Source: Macrostomum lignano (Eukaryota). Taken from it: a DNA stretch of 32,737 bases. Shown here piece by piece: positions 20,981 through 32,737 of this stretch. Each line of letters begins with the position of its first letter. Within the stretch, counting starts at the first letter, position 1. Location of the stretch: positions 1 to 32,737 of the forward strand of contig NIVC01001144.1 of NCBI GenBank assembly GCA_002269645.1, written 5' to 3'. Position numbers and translations under genes: made by a program. The notes under the pieces were generated by a model, which did not search any database, was not told where the DNA came from, and saw only the letters and a list, made by a program, of their open reading frames with translations.

Positions 20981-21604
20981 GGTCTTGGGAAGATTTCTTA
21001 TTGCAATTCACTTCATTTGAGCAGTTTGTCTGTTGTCTTTGTGAAGGATTTTTTGGCTGTCTTTTTGTTAATTGTAGAGAACAGAGATTCTATCCAGATG
21101 TCCCCCATCGGGGGGCGAAGATTGCTAGTCCTATATACTAAAAATGAAATGTCTGTAACTAACTAGCTATGCGATAGATTTCAGAAAAAATGGCTCAACC
21201 GATTTTCTTCAAACTTGCACCATTCGATCAGAAATGTTCCTGGGACGGTACATGTATCTTGGCTAAGAAATTGCTCAATGTTAAAGGGATTAAATATTCG
21301 AAAAACATGCTTTTTTGCAAAGGTCAAGCCAAATTTTTGACTTGAAATGCATTGTAAGAATGCTAGAGAAAAAACTGACTGGCTGAATTACGATTGTGAT
21401 AAAGATTGCATCACAACAAGGTGAAAACAGTGCCACAGAAACGCACACAAGACTTCATTGAAATTGCGTAACCATATTGCTAACTTGAATTGAGACTGAT
21501 ACTGGCTGACTGAGAAATTGATTATGTCATAACTTTTTACTCTTACCGACTTGCTATAAGTATTGAATTATAGGGGCCACAAGTCATGTTCTCCAATTGA
21601 AAAG

Positions 21605-21683
21605 AGATAGCCGGATGCAAACAGACTGGAATGCTAATGTAGCGACCTTGGTTCGAATCTTAGTGGTGAAAAATGTTTTTTTT
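21605..21683 (+). other. Degenerate tRNA-like Pol III unit inside Helitron copy 2
   Basis: Homologous to 14345-14422. B-box GTTCGAATC at 21651-21659 and T8 run at 21676-21683. Confidence 0.45.
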
Positions 21684-21714
21684 ATTAAAACACGTTAAAA
21701 AACACAAAATTCTC

Positions 21715-23890
21715 AACATTAAAGAGCCACCATGTCGAAACATTAAAGAGCCACCATTTCAAACATTAAAGAGCCACAATGTCAAACATTAAAGAGCCAC
21801 CATGTCGAACATAAAAGAGCCACCATATCAAACATACAAGAGTTACCATTTCAAACCTAAAAGAGCCACCATGTCGAACATTAAAAAGCCACCATGTCAA
21901 ACATTAAAGAGCCGCCAGGTCAAACATAAAACAGACACCATTAAGAACATTAAAGAGCCACCATGTCGAACATTAAAGAGCCACCATGTCAAACATAAAA
22001 CAGCCACCATTTCGAAAATTAAAGAGCCACCATTTTAAACATTAAAGAGCCACCTTGTCAAATATTAAAGAGCCACAATGTCAAACATTAAAGAGCCACC
22101 TTATCAAACATTAAAGAGCCACCATGTCAAACATTAAAGAGCCACCATGTAAAACATTAAAGAGCCACCATGTCGAACATAAAAGAGGTACCATGTCAAA
22201 CATTAAAGACCCACCAGGTCAAACATGAAAGTGCCACCATGTCAAATATTAAAAAGCCACCATGTCAAACATTAAAGAGCCACCAGGTCAAACATGAAAG
22301 TGCCACCAGGTCAAACATATACATGACTCCATGTCAAACATTAAAGAGCCACCATGTCGAACATAAAAGGGCCACCATGTCAAATATTAAAGAGCCACCA
22401 TGTCAAACATTAAAGAGCCACCAGGTCAAACATGAAAGTGCCACCATGTAAAACATTAAAGAGCCACCATGTCAAACATTAAAGAGCCACCAGGTCAAAC
22501 ATATACATGACTCCATGTCAAACATTAAAGAGCCACCATGTCGAACATAAAAGGGCCACCATGTCAAATATTAAAGAGCCACCATGTCAAACATTAAAGA
22601 GCCACCAGGTCAAACATGAAAGTGCCACCATGTAAAACATTAAAGAGCCACCATGTCGAACATTTAAGAAGCACCATGTCAAACATAAAATAGCCACCAT
22701 GTGAAACATATAGGTGACTCCATGTAAAACATTAAAGAGCTACCATACCAGACATATACATGACTCCATGTCAAACATATACGTGACTCCATGTTAGACA
22801 TTTAAGAGCCACCATGTCGAACATTAAAGAGCCAACGTGTTAAAAATACAAGAGCCACCAGGTCAAACATATATATGACTCCATGTCAAACATTAAAGAG
22901 CCACCATGTCGAACATAAAAGGGCCACCATGTCAAATATTAAAGAGCCACCATGTCAAACATTTAAGAGCCACCATGTCAAACATATACATGACTCTATG
23001 TCAAACGTTAAAGAGACACCATGTCAAACATTACAGAGCCACCATGTCAAACATTTAAGAGCCACCAGGTCAAACATGAAAGTGCCACCATGTAAAACAT
23101 TAAAGAGCCACCATGTCAAACATATACGTAACTCCATGTCAAACATTGAAGAGACCCCATGTCAAACATTAAAGAGCCACCACGTCGAACATAAAAGAGC
23201 CACCATGTAAAACATATACGTAACTCCATGTCAAACATTGAAGCGACACCATGTCGAGCATAAAAGAGCCACCATGTCGAACATTAAAGAGCCACCATGT
23301 CGAACATAAAAGAGCTACCATGTCAAACATTAAAGAGCCACCATGTTAAACATAAAAGAGCCATCATGTCAAACATATAAGTGACTTTATGTCGAACATT
23401 AAAGAGCCACCATGTCTAACATTAAAGAGCCACCATGTCCAACATTAAAGAGCCACCATGTCAAAAATTAAAGAGCCACCATGTCTATCATTAAAGAGCC
23501 ATCATGTCAAACATTAAAGAGCTACTTTGTCTAACATTAAAGAGCCACCATGTCAAACATTAAAGAGCTACTTTGTCTAACATTAAAGAGCCACCATGTC
23601 AAACATTAAAGAGCCATCATGCCAAACATTAAAGAGCCACCATGTCAAACATAAAAGAGCCACCTTTTTGAACATTAAAAAGCCACTTTGTAAAACATAG
23701 AAGAGCCCCCATGTCAAACATAGAAGAGCCCCATGTCAAACATAGAAGAGCCCCCATGTCAAACATAGAAGAGCCCCCAAGTCAAACATAGAAGAGCCAC
23801 TATGTCAGACATTGAAAAGCCACCGTATCAAACATAAAAGAGTTACCATGTACGAGCGTAGAACATAAAAGAGCCACCCTGTTAAACATA
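21715..23890. repeat. 23-bp minisatellite array in Helitron copy 2 (~95 units)
   Basis: Same consensus and variant classes as in copy 1. Confidence 0.97.
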
Positions 23891-23983
23891 AAAAGATACA
23901 CAATTTCAAACGTAAAAGTAAGCGAATTTTAAAGGAGCCGCTATAATGCTAAGGAAATTGTCGCACTAGCTACTTATTGTCTG

Positions 23984-24430
23984 GTGGATGCTTGCTATTT
24001 GGGGATGCTATCTATCTTGGGGATGCTTGCTATCTGGGGGATGCTTGCTATCTGGGGGATGCTTGCTATCTGGGGATGCTTGCTATCTGGGGGATGCTTG
24101 CTATCTGGGGGATGCTTGCTATCTGGGGGATGCTTGCTATCTGGGGGATGCTTGCTATCTGGGGGATGCTTGCTATCTGAGGGATGCTTGCTTTCTGGGG
24201 GATGCTTGCTATCTGGGGGATGCTTGCTATCTGGGGGATGCTTGCTATCTGGGGGATGCTTGCTATCTGGGGGATGCTTGCTATCTGAGGGATGCTTGCT
24301 ATCTTGGGGATGCTTGCTATCTGGGGGATGCTTGCAATCTGGGGGATGCTTGCTATCTGGGGGATGCTTGCCATCTTGGGGATGCTTGCTATCTAGGGAT
24401 GCTTGCTATCTGGGGGATGCTTGCAGTCTG
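23984..24430. repeat. 18-bp minisatellite in Helitron copy 2 (~25 units, more homogeneous than in copy 1)
   Basis: Tandem GGGGGATGCTTGCTATCT units. Confidence 0.97.
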
Positions 24431-25936
24431 GGATGATTTCTTTTTGCAATGCACTTCATTTGAGCAGTTTGTCTGTTGTCTTTTTGAAGGATTTTTGGCT
24501 GTCTTTTTGTTACTTTAGAAAACAGAGATTCTATCCAGATGTCCCCCATCGGGGGGCGAAGATTGCTAGTAGCTAACTATAGGTGCATTCTTTAAATATC
24601 TTTTTCACTAATATCTTTTTCAGCTTAAATGGTAAATGATATGCGGACAGTTTAGGCAGCAGGAAGAGTTTTTCATTTTCCTTTATGTTTTTCAATTTTT
24701 TATTATCTCTTTATTCAACCCTTAGGAGGTGAAGGAATAAAATTTATTCAAGCAAGCCATTATGAAAGAAAAAGACTAGTAGGCCACTATCAATATTAGC
24801 TTGTTCTTTTGGTTTGGCCAGACTGAAAATATACAAGGTATTGTGTCTTATATTCGGTTTTAATTATTTTTGTTTTGTTCTTTATTTTTGCAAATACTCT
24901 GGCAGATACTATATTATTTGGTAGATAATGAAAAGCAATATAGGTAATGGCTAATGTTTACTTTTCCTAAATATCTAGTGTTAGAGGAGGCCTATATTTT
25001 GATATTTTGATGACCCCACTTTTCTGCTATATACTATAGTTATCAAACTTAATTTACTAAATAGTCCACTAGAATTATTCAGTTGGCTTAATAGCAACAA
25101 CAATTCTTTAAACTAAAAAGCAATGTTTTTAATTTTTTGTTTAGTTTAAGAAATGCTTAGCGTCAAGGAAAAATGTATATATAGTTAAATAACGTAATAG
25201 TGGTAGTAGTAAAGCAGAGCAATAGTAGTAAGAGCCTTAGTTATGCTATTATGGGATATATGCATTTATTTACAAACTTGATACAATATATATTAAAAAG
25301 TTTTTTAAAAATTGCCAAATCTGGCATTTAATGAGAGTATAGAAGTTTCTAGAATGCTTGTCTATATAATTGCATATATAGGTATACATTAATTTCTTAT
25401 GTTCATAGTTAGAAATCAATATTTCCGTATTTTTTAATGAAAACATAAAAAAGATTTTTTTATTTTAGCTTTTAAAACTTTTTTTGTATATTAATAATTT
25501 CATCTTTAAAATTGTTCTAGCTTTTCCATTATAATTTAAATTTAAATTTCTTTTTTTATCTTAAGAAATAACTAAACTTGAGTTTAGTTATAGGATATAT
25601 TTTGAAGCAAAATATGATTTAGGTATAATTTTATCCCTAGCATACTTTTTTGCCTATCCATAAACCATTTAATTGACATCAGATTATTCAGAATATATGA
25701 TTTTTTATTATTGTCTTTAATTTCCTAGAAATAATTTTAGTGAATAGATATATAATAATAACATTCATTCAAATCAACAAATCAACAAATCATTCAACAT
25801 TTAAAAGCAAACAGCATTTGCTAATTGCTAAAGCTACATAAGTTTTGTTTATTAGAGTGTTTATTTTGAATCAAATTGGTTGTTAAGTGCAAGTGAGTAA
25901 AAACCACAAACCAAAGGTTAATTGTCCATTGATTGT

Positions 25937-25942
25937 TTTATT
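25937..25942 (-). promoter_or_regulatory. Polyadenylation signal AATAAA of CAP gene 1
   Basis: Minus-strand AATAAA about 30 nt after the TAA stop at 25972-25974. Confidence 0.55.
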
Positions 25943-25971
25943 TAAATGTAAGTTTTTACTTTCCATTAGGC

Positions 25972-28120
25972 TTAGTCAGCTTTGATTGCCTTCAATCCAA
26001 TAGCAGAAATGGCTGCATTGATATTTTTCATTGCTGTAGTCCAGGCTGACTTAATTATGGCCTTGCTGACGTAGCTGTTGGTTTTACCTGCAATTGGAAA
26101 GGTTAAAGATAATCGTTTTTAGTAATAGATTTTTATTGATCCCTTTATATCATCTAGCTCGTAGAATAGTGAGAAAGTAGAGCATTGTATGGAGCATTTG
26201 GAGAGCTATTTCTCAAAGGGAACTACTTGTAAAATTTGTTCTAGGGTTGCTTCTTCGAAAGACAATTATATAAATGGAAGGAAGAATTTATTTCAAGAAA
26301 CGTCTTACCATTGCATACATTGTCCATACTTGGCTGCATAGTATAGTAAACGTCAACCCTCATTGATCCATCAATGGCCTGAATCGGATAGGAATCAGCA
26401 ACGTGGAAGTCCTCGCAAGTGGCAAAATGTTGAATTGTTGCTGGCAACGAGCTGGCTGTTGAGCTGGGACAGCAAGTGGAAAAGTTGGCATTGCAGTAGC
26501 TATTTATTGCATCTGTCAGGTGAGTTCTGGTTGACTCCTTTAGCAATGTGTCATTCCACTGAAAGACAAAAAATTGTCAGCTGATTTCCTGGCTTGTTAT
26601 ATCGAAAAAAAGCTGTGTTTTTTGCACTTACGATTGACATTTTAATCGGGTAATAGCTTGAGTATCGCATTTCGCCGCCAAAGTAAATGGCCAAACTGTT
26701 GCTTTCCTGTACCTTGTTAACTGCAGATTGGAGTTGAAAAGGTTTAAGATGCGTTCACTTTCTGGAAGGCTTGGTTCTTTTAGAATAGAGAAGACTGCAT
26801 GCTACTTACTCTGACAACTTTCTCCCTCGAAATTTGCTGGGCAGACGCACTTGCAGGTTGTGCCAGTCATGGTTGGTGAGCCACCATTCTTGCAGGTCAC
26901 CGCCTGTGCCTTGCAGTCATTCGGAATGGTGCTTGCGAAGTAGATGTTCTTTGCTGAAAGTAGATTAGCTACTTAGTTACTCAGCTTTTAATAGTGCTTT
27001 AAGCATCCATTCTCATGACTGGTCTACTTTTCCTTTCGCACTCACTTTCGCATCTGACTCCGTAGTAACCAGCTGGGCATGAACACGAGCAAAATGGCGA
27101 AGTCATCAGCGTGCCATAGTTTAGACAGCTCAGCTTGCACTCTGGAATTTAATCAGTTCGTTTGGATGGGGTTTGTTTGATAAGTTTACTTGGATATAAA
27201 ACAAACATGTTTTAAGCACTGTCTCTCACCGAATGGCCCTGGTATAGGTGGCGTTTCGCCTACTAGAATGGAATAGCAGAGCCCGTCCTTGAAGTAGGTC
27301 GCATAGCCATTGCCACACTTTGTTCCAGCTTCTCCGGTTTGATAAGGAGGCACGTACCACTCCCTGGTTGGTTTGGGAGAAGAATAAACCATCGGGATCA
27401 TGCTTTGCAATCACCTGGCCATTTCTACTGGTAGCATGCTTGACTGCTTGACTAACACATGCACGAGTAGAAACGGCTCGGTGATTGTATGGAATCGCTC
27501 ATCAGTGCACTTCGGCAAAGTAAACGCACCTGTCAAACTCGCAGACGCCCAGGTAGTTCCCGCTGCAGTATTGTATGCCGCAGCCGACCTTATTAACACC
27601 GGCAGTTACAATTTGCAGATAGTGACCGCAGGTAGAAAAGAACGGATACTTGCCCGAGCCCGTGACGCAGGCGCCATTGGTGTAATTATACTGCTCTCGC
27701 TCCAGAAACATAAAGACAAGAATCTCGCTGAAGTTCTGCCTGGAGCCTAGGTACAGGATTTCGCCAAGGGAGGAATAATCGCCACCGTAGTTGTGCTCGA
27801 ATACGCAACTGTTGGCCGCCCTCTGAGCCAAGTTTTCCAGCCTGGTGTCCCAAATCTAGTGATAATGTTAAAAATCAGCAGCTTCTTATGAGTTTCATAT
27901 AAATCCTACGCCAATGTAGCTACTGTTGAGTAAAATAAGTGGTTTTTTCACTCACTAGTCCATTCATGTCGGCGGCCGGTGGCACAGCATTTCGTCTTAA
28001 ATGGTTGATAAAATTGAGCGTATCGTTTCTCTCCTGCTCGGTCAGTTTGCACCTGCCAATTTGGATAGCCAATGCAAAGGCCAGAAATGCGCACAGACAG
28101 AGCGATTTCGTGGTGTCCAT
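25972..28120 (-). CDS. Secreted CAP-superfamily (SCP/PR-1/Ag5, VAL-like) protein with two EGF-like domains and an uncharacterised Cys-containing C-terminal domain (~452 aa)
   Basis: Exons 28120-27956, 27855-27530, 27402-27230, 27141-27046, 26953-26810, 26720-26632, 26558-26309 and 26087-25972, all GT-AG and phase-compatible. Signal-peptide-like MDTTKSLCLCAFLAFALAIQIG. CAP motifs INHLRR, DMNGLIWD..LENLAQ, GEILY, CGHYLQIV, VGCG, VCEF. EGFs CLNYG..CSCPAGYYGVRCE and CKNGG..CVCPANFEGESCQ. An extra small exon between 26308 and 26088 is possible. Confidence 0.85.
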
Positions 28121-28196
28121 GTTGTACCTGGGAAGTTGCTTGCTTGAGCCAGTTGGTCTGTGTGAGTTGGTTTTCGGTGTGCGATTTTCTGCGTTA

Positions 28197-28203
28197 TTAT
28201 ATA
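28197..28203 (-). promoter_or_regulatory. Candidate TATA box (TATATAA) of CAP gene 1
   Basis: Lies about 80 nt upstream of the ATG at 28120; position and motif only. Confidence 0.4.
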
Positions 28204-29389
28204 GACTTGTAAGGTGATGCAAACTGTTTTCCAGAGTGTCGTCCGTAATCAGGAAGCACCTGTTAATAAATGTAATCACGCAAATCGCCAGGAATAAAGG
28301 GGACCGCAACTGTGTGTATCCGGCTCGATTCATGCCAAATAGTTCTGTTTTCGGCGCTTATTGACTTTACACATGTAGTCATTTACTCTCTTGACTCTGT
28401 CGGCTTCTCGAAAATTCAAAAAACTACAAAAAGCTGTTCATTGTACTAAGAGTAGTGTCGAAGTCTAGTAAACATGGGCGGAAATTTGATACAATTCTGA
28501 GCTGTATTTTTATTAACTTTTGACTCACTGTATTTTTCTCCATTGACCTTATTTGCACATCGTAACGGGATAAACAGAAAATAGTAGTCATTCACCGTGA
28601 AATAAGCTATAGTATACATATTTGGTAATAACAAGCCCCTACAAGACCTTTGATAATTATGCGTGAAGTTTTAGCATGCCAGGTACTCGTATAATTAACA
28701 TATCAACCATCGCCCAATTACGAGTAAATAGTTAATTGATCCAAGACAAAAGAATCGTTAGTCTGGACAATCTGTATGCAGTTTGAATACATGCTGCTTA
28801 ACCAATGCGAACCACATTGAGTCCGGACTCCTGCAGCACTGCCTGTTTCAATTCAGTTTCGATTGTCTTCCACGCTTCCAACAAGATGCTTTTGTTCAGT
28901 AATGGCAGTCCACTATCTGGAAGAGTAGAGTATTAATAATGTACAGTTTTGTCAACCTGCGACTAGAAACTTACTATTCACTTGACTCGGGCTTTGGCGT
29001 TTGCAGCACGGAAAATGGCGAATGAATTAAATAATGTAGTACGTAATAGCCTTTACGATCTATTGCTAGCAATGTTTTAAGATTAAACCTAAGGTTAAAA
29101 AAGTCATTACACAAAATCTGTTGCCGCTTCCTGTAGCATGACTAAGTGCACAGTATGCTCGTACAACACAGTGCAGTCCTTTCACTCTTCTCTGGTTGAC
29201 TGAAACGAACTTGTCGTAAAAGTGAGCGAAATTTGTTGGTCAGTTTGTGCAAATGTGCATCTCGATGCGTACTGTAGAGCATGGATGTGCCACTTCAACG
29301 GGGGTTCAATGTAATGACTGGGCAGCGATGATTTAATCGCCCTCTGTAGGCCGCTCCCGGAGTTTTTTCTGTTACAGCAGGTTCTGTTA

Positions 29390-32300
29390 GCCTTCGCTTG
29401 AGAGCTGTCTTGACAGCAGATATTGCCATCTCTGTGCGTTCTCGTCGCAAAGCGTCGTCTGCCTTGTATATGGTTCTTGAAGTGAGGCATTTTTAGCAAG
29501 CATTTGTGTCAGATATTGTGTCGCTAGTTACCATATATGTCGCTTTACCACTTTTGGTTTCGATATAGTAAAGCTACTAGGGCCGTGTATTGCTATAGAC
29601 ACGGCCTATCAATACAATATTATAAGCGGATGCTCCATACCTCCATTGCTATCAATGATTTGAGCGGCAGCTAGAATGCATGATCCGTTATTGATTTTGG
29701 CTTTAGATCAGGCTTTGACGGTCTTCTGTTGGAATCGGTGGAGCCATAAAAGTGTACAATTTAAGTTCAGATGCGCCAGATTAAAACAGAGAAACGGCCT
29801 GAAGGGTTCCGCATTCTCGTATTGATAAGCTGCGTCTCATTTAACTCGACTTACTGCACTGCATTGCCACAGTAGTACTCAGAGTGTAGTGCACCGCAGC
29901 CACCATTGTTCCGTCAATCTCTTGGCTAGGATAGTTGTCAGTGTCGTGAAAATTCTCCGCCTGAACAAATGCACCACCGACAGGTTGGCTGGCGTTCGAA
30001 CAGCACAGCGGTGAATTGCTTAGGCAGTAGTTGTTGATCCCCGAGGTTAGGGCCTGCTTAAAGCTGCCTCGCATTCCGGTTGCATTCCACTGAAAGGGGA
30101 AGCATCTTTTGTTAACCCGGAGCTCATGTCCTTGTGCATCTTAATAAAAGACAAGATTATCAACTCACAAGTGTCAAATTTACTGGATGGTAGCTCTGGT
30201 AAATTGTTTTACCTCCCAAGTAGACGAATAGGCTGCTTTTCATCTGTTGGAGGTTTACTGCAAAGGAGCGAATTCGGTGGGTTTCAGTCATTCTATTGTG
30301 CATTCCACAGAAACAAAGGGATGTCACATGATCAGCTCTGAGCTTTTTCAGGTTACCAGAATGGACTCTGATAGATTTGTCAGTGTCATCTGATAGACCT
30401 AGGCGTAGTCAAGACATAGGCGTATAAGGAACAGAGAGAGGCAAATGGGGCAATGGCTCCACCAGTTTTTTGTTATGAAACCACTTTAATTTTTGTTTTT
30501 AGACTTATTCTGCCAAGCCTGCTAGCCCCGTTCCTATGCTCATGCTGCAAAATGTTTAGCGCGAAAAAATACGCTCGTACTGTGATATATCGGTTGCCGA
30601 TTCGCTGAAGTTAAGTCGTTGTCTAAATGTTATGTGCCTGGGTAATGCCAAAATCCTTATCAGGAATTCTTCCATTGACGCCAGGTAGTTCTTATATCAA
30701 AAACAATTTGACCTTGAAAGATCGTTGTTTTACATCGGTGCAAGTTTCGCTAATGGTTTGATAGAACTCAGTGATTCAGCAACATGCATCATCAATCGGT
30801 CTACTTTGGATAGCCACTTAAAACAGCTTCCATGGCATTCAAATTTTCAATTGTAATTAGCAGGTAGCATAGAACAAACCTTCACAACTCTCGCCGCCAA
30901 AGTTGGTAGGGCAGACGCATTTGCAAGCGCTGCCAAGCATAGTTGGACTGCCACCATTCTTGCAGCTCACCGCCTGAGCAGTGCAGTCGTTGGGAATTGA
31001 ACTCGCGTAGTAGATATTCTTTTCTAAAATATAGAGTCATAGAAAAATCATTTTTTGTAGGGATGGTTAATATTTCGGTGGATCCAAGTGAATACATTTT
31101 TTTATTTTACTCGTACTTTCGCATCTAACACCATAGAAACCCGGTGGACAGGTGCAACTGCAGAACGGCATTGTTGTCAAGTTGCCATAGTTCATGCAGG
31201 TCAGCTTGCAATCTGAAATTAGTTATAAATTGCTCGGTTCGTCATAAGATAAGAAATGTACTTTTCTGCTGTCCAACATGGATCTGTCTACATTTAATTA
31301 CCGAACGGTCCCGGTATTGGCGCTGGCTCGCCGTACATGATGGCGTAGCAAAGGCCCTGTTGAGAGTAGGTGGCGTAACCGTTGCCGCACTTGGTGCCAG
31401 CTCGCCGCTCAAATAGGGCGGACTGGCGTATTGCCTGCGGTTATTATGAATTCGGTAGGCTTGGTATTTGCATGACCTAATTGTTCCGCGGGAGTTGCTA
31501 TCCTATAGAATATTCGACTGTCTACAAGACCTCATAATGACCTCATGTTTTCTTGGGCATAGGTCACTTCAACCTTCGGTAGTCCACGACCTGGTGCATC
31601 TGCAGATTTTCCATGGATCGAGTCCATAGATCTTTGCTTGTCGACGACACGAACCTCAATTTTGTAGTAACACAAACCCTGTACCTACTTACACCCAAGG
31701 ACTACTAAAGTAGAAGGTCGCAACACTCGAAATCTATGAAAATGTTTTGAAGGCACTTTCCAAACAATGTCACTTGAATGGATGCTCGTGGAAATGTTTT
31801 TTTCGCTGGGACCTTCGAAATTATTCCCCTTTAAGATAAAATAGCATTCGCCGCTTTGGCTTAACTTAACTTTTTTAAGCTTAACTTTCTTAAGGCAACC
31901 CATTTTTTTCAACAAATATATGCTTTGCTATCTAAAATTAGTTACATGCCTTAAACTCCATTTCTAACTCTTCGAATGGTTCGATTAGCCGTGTAGAATC
32001 TGTAAACAGTATAAATAAATGTTAATTGCAGTGCGGGAGAATCCAGCAAATATTTATCTTAAGTGGCCTTCAAAACTTTTTTCCCATGAAACGTGAGTGT
32101 CGCGTCCTCTATATACGTTGCTTTAGTTGTTCTTGATTACACCTTAATACATTGTCTCGTTAGTTCAATAGCTTTCTGGGTATTCGATAAATTAAAGTTA
32201 ATTTGGCTTTACCGGCTAAACTCGCACGCCGCCAAGTAGACACCGTTGCACAGCTGCACGGCGCAGCCGATCCTGCTGGGGCGGCGTGTACAAGCTGCAA

Positions 32301-32737
32301 ATAGTGGACCGCAGGTTGTAAAAAACGGATACTTCGCGCCGCTACACTGGCCAGTCGAATAGTTGTAGTTCTCTCGCTCCAAGGAACATGAAGGCCAGAA
32401 TGTTGCTGGAAGTTGCGACTGCCACCGCGGTACAAAATTTCGCCCAGCGAAGCGTACGGGCCGCTGTAGTTGTGCTCAAACAGGCACCTGTTGGCCGCTT
32501 GTTGAGCCAGCATCTCCAAGTTTGTGTCCCAGAGCTAGTTAGAGAAAACAGACTAACGTAAAGAAGTGGGCCGGCTTGTTGGGCCAAGTGTCGGGTTTAC
32601 TTTTCTGAATTTGACACACTTTCATCACATTTCATTTGGTCTATGACAATGTCCTATGCAGCTTTGACGCGATGGTACTCACCAAGCCGTTCATATCGGA
32701 AGCTTTCGGCACCGTGTTCGCCTAAGATAATTGGCAA
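29390..32737 (-). CDS. Paralogous CAP-EGF-EGF-X gene, 5' end outside the window; several 1-nt indels (pseudogene or consensus errors); 3' end approximate
   Basis: Exons 32737-32683, 32534-32213, 31476-31302, 31212-31117, 31023-30880, 30257-30169 and 30089-29855, plus likely exons at ~29726-29636 and from ~29477. Intron phases match gene 1, and exons 4-6 have identical lengths (96, 144, 89 nt). Motifs DMNGL|LWD, GEILY, GHYLQLV, IGCA, CMNYG..CPPGFYGVRCE, CKNGG..CPTNFGGESCE. Confidence 0.78.

Larger units (their letters stand above)
13877..21128 (+). mobile_element. Non-autonomous Helitron, copy 1 (7,252 bp)
   Basis: 5' A|TCCAATATACTAAAAATG. 3' hairpin CCCCC-ATC-GGGGGG (21102-21115), a 9-nt spacer, then CTAG (21125-21128). 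No transposase or Rep-helicase ORF. Confidence 0.85.
21129..24569 (+). mobile_element. Non-autonomous Helitron, copy 2 (3,441 bp), head-to-tail with copy 1
   Basis: Starts TCCTATATACTAAAAATG immediately after the CTAG of copy 1 and has the same internal order. 3' hairpin at 24543-24556 and CTAG|T at 24566-24570. Confidence 0.85.

Noticed and set aside
14470-23890. CRISPR-like appearance of the 23-bp array
   Set aside because: Units are contiguous with no unique spacers, there are no cas genes, and the context is eukaryotic.
14794-24518. Repetitive ORFs (MSNIKEPPC.., GDACYL.., IASIPQ..)
   Set aside because: These are translations of the 23-bp and 18-bp minisatellites, open in several frames, with no splice or domain support.
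24570-25930. AT-rich intergenic stretch
   Set aside because: No ORF, repeat structure or motif could be supported.
26713-26720. 8-nt microexon in CAP gene 1
   Set aside because: The longer 89-nt exon (26720-26632) has a better donor and matches the paralogue's exon length exactly.
28121-28333. N-terminal extension of CAP gene 1 in the ORF track
   Set aside because: The ATG at 28120 directly precedes a signal-peptide-like sequence, and a TATA-like motif lies within the extension.

Overview
Eukaryotic (invertebrate animal) genomic window with short GT-AG introns, GC-rich exons and AT-rich spacers. A free-living flatworm such as Macrostomum is a guess from composition only. The centrepiece is a minus-strand gene (11589->2254) with two clear introns and four single-base frame breaks. 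Repaired, it encodes about 3,057 aa in this order: CxxC..CxxC Zn module, Dicer/RIG-I-type DECH helicase, cellular RNA-dependent RNA polymerase (DLDGD), Cid1/TENT-type nucleotidyltransferase (GS..DID..D), KH-like segment, and an unexplained C-terminal domain. It looks like an RdRP complex (helicase + RdRP + RNA-tailing enzyme) fused into one polypeptide. Around it lie a Crypton-type tyrosine recombinase fragment, a probable hAT-like MITE, a tRNA-derived SINE, and a precise head-to-tail pair of non-autonomous Helitrons (13877-24569). The Helitrons carry 23-bp and 18-bp minisatellites, a Pol III-like unit and a nested deleted LTR element. The right end holds two tandem paralogous CAP-EGF-EGF-X secreted-protein genes. 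About a dozen 1-nt indels at short base runs in three unrelated genes suggest long-read consensus error, so frame breaks should not be read as pseudogenisation without checking reads.
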